DNA of 64,000 nt from an uncultured Thermococci archaeon (GTDB lineage: Archaea > CAYQAE01 > CAYVLA01), in NCBI GenBank assembly GCA_964549615.1, contig CAZJVP010000011.1, forward strand, positions 65,926 through 129,925. The letters run 5' to 3'. Both the position numbers and the translations under genes were made by a program. Shown here in pieces: positions 59,090 through 64,000 of this stretch (positions are counted from its first letter, which is position 1; every line of letters begins with the position of its first letter). The notes beneath the pieces were generated by a model. The model saw only the letters and a list, made by a program, of their open reading frames with translations, was not told where the DNA came from and made no database searches.

Positions 59090-60324
59090 CTAGGCGATCC
59101 TAGTCGTGCCCGACGCGCGGTAAAGCCTCCTTCTCACCATGATGGACCACAGGACGGAGCCCGACGCCATCAGCGTGCCCGCCACCGCGCACCATTCCAC
59201 GGCGTACACCCAAAGGAGAGCTCTGTCCTTGAGCTTGAGCGCTAGATCCGACACCCGAGCCAGCCCACGAAGGGCTTTGCTCAGGGCTTCTGCAGACCCC
59301 TCGATGTCCTGTTCCAAGTATAGCTCTCTCCCCTCGGACTCGATAGCATCTACCTTTGCGATCTCACTGTCAATGGACTGCCGGTTTGCGCCAAATCTCT
59401 CCACGAAGTCGCAGAGCTCGAAGAGCATGGACTTCTCTTCCTGGTAGAGGGAAAACAGGCTCCGAGCCGATGCCACTCCATGATGTCCTGGGGGAGGTCC
59501 CTGCCAAGAGCATAGAGGACCATATTGAGGAAGACGTCCATCGCGTACTTGTAGCCGTCGCTTCCTCCCCACCTCGTCCACCAGAGGTTGTAGTCCGACT
59601 GTATATCCGAGGCCACGCTCCAAGTGGTTCCCTTTCCGTACTGCCACGCCACCGTGAATGGCATCCCGGTGCCCCTTGCCGCGCGCAAGGTGGCGAAGGT
59701 CGTCGAGCCATCCTTGGCACGCAGTTCCGCGCACTGCCTTCCCGGTTGCTCCTCCGCGCCAAGCTCGATGAACGGCGTGAAGACGGGCGGGATCCCGGGC
59801 CGCCTAACGATCGTTATCTTGAAGTTCTCAACGTACAGTATCCGGTCGTATGTTTGGATGTATTCCGTTGGGAAGGCGGACGCGACGCTGGACCTTTCCC
59901 AGGACTGTCTGAATTCGGCGACCCATGATATGCCTCCGCCCAGGGTGGTCAGCCCGCCCAGGCCGGAGTCCCTGATTGCCCGATACATGAAGTCCACCTG
60001 CTGGGGAGTGAAGTGGCCGAAGTAGGTGTCAACGTAGCATAGGAAGTCGTAGTCGGTCAGGCACGAATACGTCCTGGGAAAATACATCCTGACGTACTTC
60101 TTCGCCTCAGCCTCGGGGTACCTGTCCCAGCCTCCGGTATCCCTCCTCACCGGCACCACGACGTACGTGAAGGCGGGGTCGGATTCAAGCCAACCGGCCA
60201 CGGGCGTCTCGTAGGGGAAGACCTGGCCGACCATGAGGACGCGGACGACGCCGGCGCCGGTTGCGCCAAGAAGGCTTGCCAGGACGAGCCCAATTAACGC
60301 GCCCCGCCTAAGGGTCGATCCCAC
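59090..60324 (-). pseudogene. GATase1/DUF1355-like anchored protein (paralog 4), 1-nt frameshift near 59467
   Basis: ORF 59350..60483 carries the signal peptide, RMYFPRTY and NMVLYALGRDLPQD; ORF 59090..59734 carries DFVERFGAN and WVYAVEW...IMVRRRLYR. They join by adding one base at CAT CGG (G)CT CGG. Confidence 0.8.
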
Positions 60325-60561
60325 GCGCGACAACGCACACGCCTGGAGCCATCTGCCTGAATTATCTTTTGCGATGCGGCGATGCGGACTGAACATGATC
60401 TCCGAGTTGTGGTTCTGGCCGTTGCTTGGGCCAGCCTCTGGTGGAGAAATCGGCTGCTTCTTCCCCCGACACGGCAAGTCCAAGGAGCCTTCAATTCTTG
60501 GGGGATTCGCAAGGATTTCATAGAACTCAGCGCCGGGTTTTTTCTACGCCGGCACCACAAC

Positions 60562-60786
60562 ATGGTGTTGATGCAAAAATCCATGACCGCAAGCCTGGCG
60601 CTCTTCTCCCTGAGCCTTCTTTGGTGGAGCGCCGTGGTTTTCCAGCGAAAGGGCGACTACCTGGCCGTGCCAAAGCCATCCGTCGTCCTGCTGCTTGCGG
60701 CAATGGGGATGGCCATCTACTCGTTGAAGGGCGCAGGGGACAAGGAAAGCATCGAAAAATACATCTATCGGCCCGAGGAACTCTAG
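60562..60786 (+). CDS. Small two-TM membrane protein
   Basis: Two hydrophobic segments and a charged tail; start uncertain (60562/60571/60583). Confidence 0.55.
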   Translation: MVLMQKSMTASLALFSLSLLWWSAVVFQRKGDYLAVPKPSVVLLLAAMGMAIYSLKGAGDKESIEKYIYRPEEL

Positions 60787-60857
60787 CCGCGGCAATCCGG
60801 AATCCGGATACCATGGCTCTGAACCGAGCCTGCAACCGGGGTCGACGCAAGCCGGCG

Positions 60858-61892
60858 CTAGTCGATGCGAAGCTCCCAGAGGTATCCGCTTCTCTCGGGA
60901 TTATCGGTCTCGCAGGTGAAGAAGGTCTTGCCATCCTTCTTGCAGATGTGATGGGAAATGTAGGGATGGGCGTTGCGTTGGGTGTCATGGACTGTGCCAA
61001 GGATACGGAATGTCCCGCTTGATCTATCGTAGGAGAAGAGCCGGGTCTCTTGCTTCATGCCCGCCACCCCGTAGAGCAGGCCGTCATCCCCGATGATCAG
61101 ACAGGCCATCCGCAGGCCTGGGCATGGCTTGCCGAGGTAGTCGACCTCGACGCGGTTCGGCTCCAACCTGAAGAGCCCGCCGGACACGGATCCTATGTAG
61201 ATGTAGCCGTCTCGGCCGTTCAGCATGCAGTCGACCTGTCCGTCGTCCTCAGTGGCGGCACGGTGGGAGACCCTGATCCGGGGTAGCCTCACGTTTGACC
61301 AGAGAATCTCATCCTTGTCCGGATCGTACCTGAACAGGCGGTTGTCCGATTCCCAGGTTCCCCACAGACGCCCCTCCTCATCCAATGCGGGCAGGTGCGG
61401 GAAGCTGTTGATGTAGAACGACTTGGCATCCCCGGTCTCGAGGTCGTATCTGAAGAAATGGGCCATGGGATATGTGAAGCCGTAGATCGTTCGCCTTTGG
61501 GGGTCAAGGACGATCGACTGTATGTAGTCATTCTTGACGGGCCTTGCCAAGAGTTCGATGCTCCCGTCCGTGGGGCTGTAACGGAATATCTTGCCGCCCT
61601 CCGCCTTGTCCCTGTCCTGCAAACCGTGAAGGCCGGCCGTTGCCCCCAGGATGGAGCCATCCCTATCCTGGACCAAGGAACGGTGGATCTTGACGTCGAA
61701 CCTGTCAGCGATCCTTCTGAAGCCGCAGGACCCGAACTCCATGGTCTCCGGGTCGAAGCTGTAAAGGAGGTCGTTGTTCTGGTCTGTGATGCCGAGGAAG
61801 ACCTTTGCCTCGGACGGGCAGTACATGACGGTCGTGATCGATATGTTCCGTTCCTCCCCGCTGGGTTTGAGCTCGTGGGCCCTCACGTACAT
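60858..61892 (-). CDS. Cytoplasmic beta-propeller protein
   Basis: Blade repeats DRDGSILG, DEEGRLWG, GRDGYIY, GDDGLLYG and FRYDP-type motifs; GGAGG precedes ATG 61892. Confidence 0.75.
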   Translation of the reverse strand: MYVRAHELKPSGEERNISITTVMYCPSEAKVFLGITDQNNDLLYSFDPETMEFGSCGFRRIADRFDVKIHRSLVQDRDGSILGATAGLHGLQDRDKAEGGKIFRYSPTDGSIELLARPVKNDYIQSIVLDPQRRTIYGFTYPMAHFFRYDLETGDAKSFYINSFPHLPALDEEGRLWGTWESDNRLFRYDPDKDEILWSNVRLPRIRVSHRAATEDDGQVDCMLNGRDGYIYIGSVSGGLFRLEPNRVEVDYLGKPCPGLRMACLIIGDDGLLYGVAGMKQETRLFSYDRSSGTFRILGTVHDTQRNAHPYISHHICKKDGKTFFTCETDNPERSGYLWELRID

Positions 61893-62078
61893 CGGTTCGC
61901 CTCCAAGCTCCCAGCACAGTTTGAACTTAAGTGTTCTTCTTGGATGCGGTAGGCGGTCCGGCGCGCTGGAGTTGGTTGTAGGCCTGGGGTTGGTGGGTAC
62001 CTGCCGGTCCTCAAGCGCCGCGTCTGAAAAGCGTTTTATTGTACGTCTCGACGGAACTTTAGGGGAAGAGGCAAGATC

Positions 62079-63881
62079 TTGAGGTCGTTCACCGCGCTCA
62101 ACGCTTGCGCCCTCCTCGAACAACTTCCCGAAGAACCCGGCGTCTACATCCTGAAGGATGGGCTCGGGCATGCACTCTACGTCGGCAAGTCGGCCAACAT
62201 AAGGAAGAGGGTGAAATCCCACCTCTCCGGGCGATCCTCGTTTCCGCTCGGCACCGTGGAGAGCGTGGAATCCATCCTGACGGGCTCCGAGCTGGAGGCC
62301 CTGATACTTGAGTGCAATCTCATCAAACGCCTGCGGCCGCCCTTCAACGTCCGCCTCAAGGATGACAAAAGCTATCCTTACATCAAGATAACGGTCGGCG
62401 AGAGGTATCCGGGCGTCTACATCTCCAGGGTCGTGAGGGACGACGGATCCGTCTATTTCGGACCCTATGCCGATGTTGGCTCGGCTCGCAGGTCGATCAG
62501 GGTGCTGAGGCAGGTTTTCCCCATACGCGGCTGCAAGAGGCGCATGGACCGCCCAAGCAGGCCTTGTCTGGACTTCCACATCAAGAGGTGTGCTGGGCCG
62601 TGCACCGGGAAGGTCGATCCGGATCACTACTCCTGCGACGTTCAGGGCTTGATCGGGGCTCTGCAGGGGCGAAAGGACGACGTCCTCAAGGAGCTGGAGA
62701 AGGCCATGCATGAGGCATCCCAGGCTCAGAACTACGAGCGCGCGGCGGTGATCCGGGACAGGCTGAGCGCCCTAGAAAGGACGACGGTCAAGCAGAGGCT
62801 GTCCTCCCCCGGGCCGGGCAACATGGACGTGCTTGGCGTTGCCAGGAAAGAGGGCGATGCGTGCGTCCAGATGCTGTTCGTGCGGGACGGCTTGATCATC
62901 GAGCAGGAACACTTCATCCTCCAGGCGGCCGGGTCCAGTCGGGGCGAACTTCTAGCAAGCTTCGTCAAGGAGTACTACTCCTGTAACCCGGTTCCCCCCA
63001 AGATCCTGGCTCCGCACGCCATGGACGATATGGATCTGATCGGCTCGTGGTTTAGATCCAGATGTTCCAGATCCGTCGAGATCTCGACACCTTCCAGTCG
63101 GGATGAGGCTCGATTGGTATCGATGGCGAGCCGGAACGCTGAGCTCATGCTGAGGTTTGAGCGGCAGGCCATGGGAAGGTCGCTAAAGCGGGGACTGCAG
63201 GATCTGGCCAGGGCCTTGGACATGGTGTGTCTGCCGCGGACCATAGAGGCATTCGACCTCTCCAACATGTCAGGCAAGTGCGCGGTGGGATCGATGGTTC
63301 GATTTCACTGGGGCAGGCCATGCAAGGCCCTCTACAGAAAGTTCAGGATAACGGCATCTCCCGGGAGGGACGACTACGCGATGATGAGGGAGGTCGTGAC
63401 AAGGCGGTTCAAACGGGGGCTGGAAGAGGGCGGTTTGCCCGACTTGATCCTCGTCGACGGCGGTCACGGCCAGGCGTCGGCCGCCGAGCAGGCCATCTCG
63501 TCGCTTGGCGTCTCGATACCTGTGGTTGGGCTCGCGAAGCGACTGGAGGAGCTTCACAGGCCGGGTTCCCTGGAACCGATACGCCTGGCGCAAGGGTCGC
63601 CGGCGCTCCTGCTGCTTCGTAGGATTCGGGACGAGGCCCACAGGTTCGCTGTATCGTATCACAGGACCCTCAGGCGTCGGGAAATCACCAGGTCGGAGCT
63701 TGACATGGTGCCGGGCATCGGGCCAAAGAGGAAGGCCGCGCTGCTGAGAAGGTTCGGTGGGGTGGGCAGGATCAGAAGGTCAAGCGAGCAGGAGGTTGCC
63801 GCAACCCCGGGAATCGGCCTCCAGCTCGCCAGGTCGGTTCTGACGCATCTGAGGGGGAAGGCACGCGGTAGGGTGGATTGA
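62079..63881 (+). CDS. uvrC: Excinuclease ABC subunit C
   Basis: PGVY...YVGKS (GIY-YIG), [13 protein letters not shown], Cys cluster, UVR domain, [20 protein letters not shown], HhH GIGPKR. Confidence 0.97.
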   Translation: MRSFTALNACALLEQLPEEPGVYILKDGLGHALYVGKSANIRKRVKSHLSGRSSFPLGTVESVESILTGSELEALILECNLIKRLRPPFNVRLKDDKSYPYIKITVGERYPGVYISRVVRDDGSVYFGPYADVGSARRSIRVLRQVFPIRGCKRRMDRPSRPCLDFHIKRCAGPCTGKVDPDHYSCDVQGLIGALQGRKDDVLKELEKAMHEASQAQNYERAAVIRDRLSALERTTVKQRLSSPGPGNMDVLGVARKEGDACVQMLFVRDGLIIEQEHFILQAAGSSRGELLASFVKEYYSCNPVPPKILAPHAMDDMDLIGSWFRSRCSRSVEISTPSSRDEARLVSMASRNAELMLRFERQAMGRSLKRGLQDLARALDMVCLPRTIEAFDLSNMSGKCAVGSMVRFHWGRPCKALYRKFRITASPGRDDYAMMREVVTRRFKRGLEEGGLPDLILVDGGHGQASAAEQAISSLGVSIPVVGLAKRLEELHRPGSLEPIRLAQGSPALLLLRRIRDEAHRFAVSYHRTLRRREITRSELDMVPGIGPKRKAALLRRFGGVGRIRRSSEQEVAATPGIGLQLARSVLTHLRGKARGRVD

Positions 63882-64000
63882 GCTTGTTCAGGCTGGAATC
63901 CGACCTGAAGCCCAGGGGCGATCAGCCGAAGGCGATAGCCGAGCTGGTTCGAGGGCTGGAGGAAGGCCTTCGGTACCAAACGCTCCTTGGCGTGACGGGT
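63878..64000 (+). CDS. uvrB: Excinuclease ABC subunit B (N-terminus, runs off window)
   Basis: TTG 63878 overlaps the uvrC stop; translates [41 protein letters not shown], the UvrB N-terminal signature. Confidence 0.93.
   Translation, partial: MSLFRLESDLKPRGDQPKAIAELVRGLEEGLRYQTLLGVTG

Noticed and set aside
12836-60324. Diversity-generating retroelement or recombinational cassette switching as the source of paralog variation
   Set aside because: No reverse transcriptase or recombinase, and no near-identical nucleotide repeats noticed between paralogs; divergence looks old.
61893-62711. N-terminal extension of the 617-aa ORF overlapping uvrC
   Set aside because: Antisense to uvrC; the propeller repeats and an SD-preceded ATG begin at 61892.

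Overview
GC-rich, gene-dense prokaryotic DNA, most likely from an uncultured heterotrophic archaeon. This is an inference from BRE+TATA boxes ~25-35 nt upstream of starts, a RAD55/KaiC-like domain, a MEDS protein, a DGGGP-synthase-like UbiA, an archaeal-type RNase J, and zinc-ribbon proteins. About 50 genes are recognisable, dominated by carbohydrate catabolism: GH106-like, GH20/67-like, five-bladed propeller GHs, an (alpha/alpha)6 GH, GH42-like, CE15, sulfatase and L-fucose isomerase-like. The window also holds a solo Cas4-like nuclease, an AbrB/VapC toxin-antitoxin pair, a yxlEFG-like ABC operon, and uvrC-uvrB at the right edge. The most striking unexplained structure is a dispersed four-member paralog family (12836, 44408, 46081, 59090). 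Each member has a signal peptide, a GATase1/DUF1355-like domain, a helical stalk and a highly conserved C-terminal membrane module (WVYxxEW...LMxRRxxYR). Also notable are a membrane-anchored, Walker-A-dead KaiC-like operon, a kinase-free MEDS/V4R-like sensor, and a decayed phosphopentomutase (deoB) relic missed by the ORF track. Three genes are frameshifted or interrupted. No rRNA, tRNA, CRISPR array or transposase was recognised. All family calls come from motif recognition by eye, with no database search.
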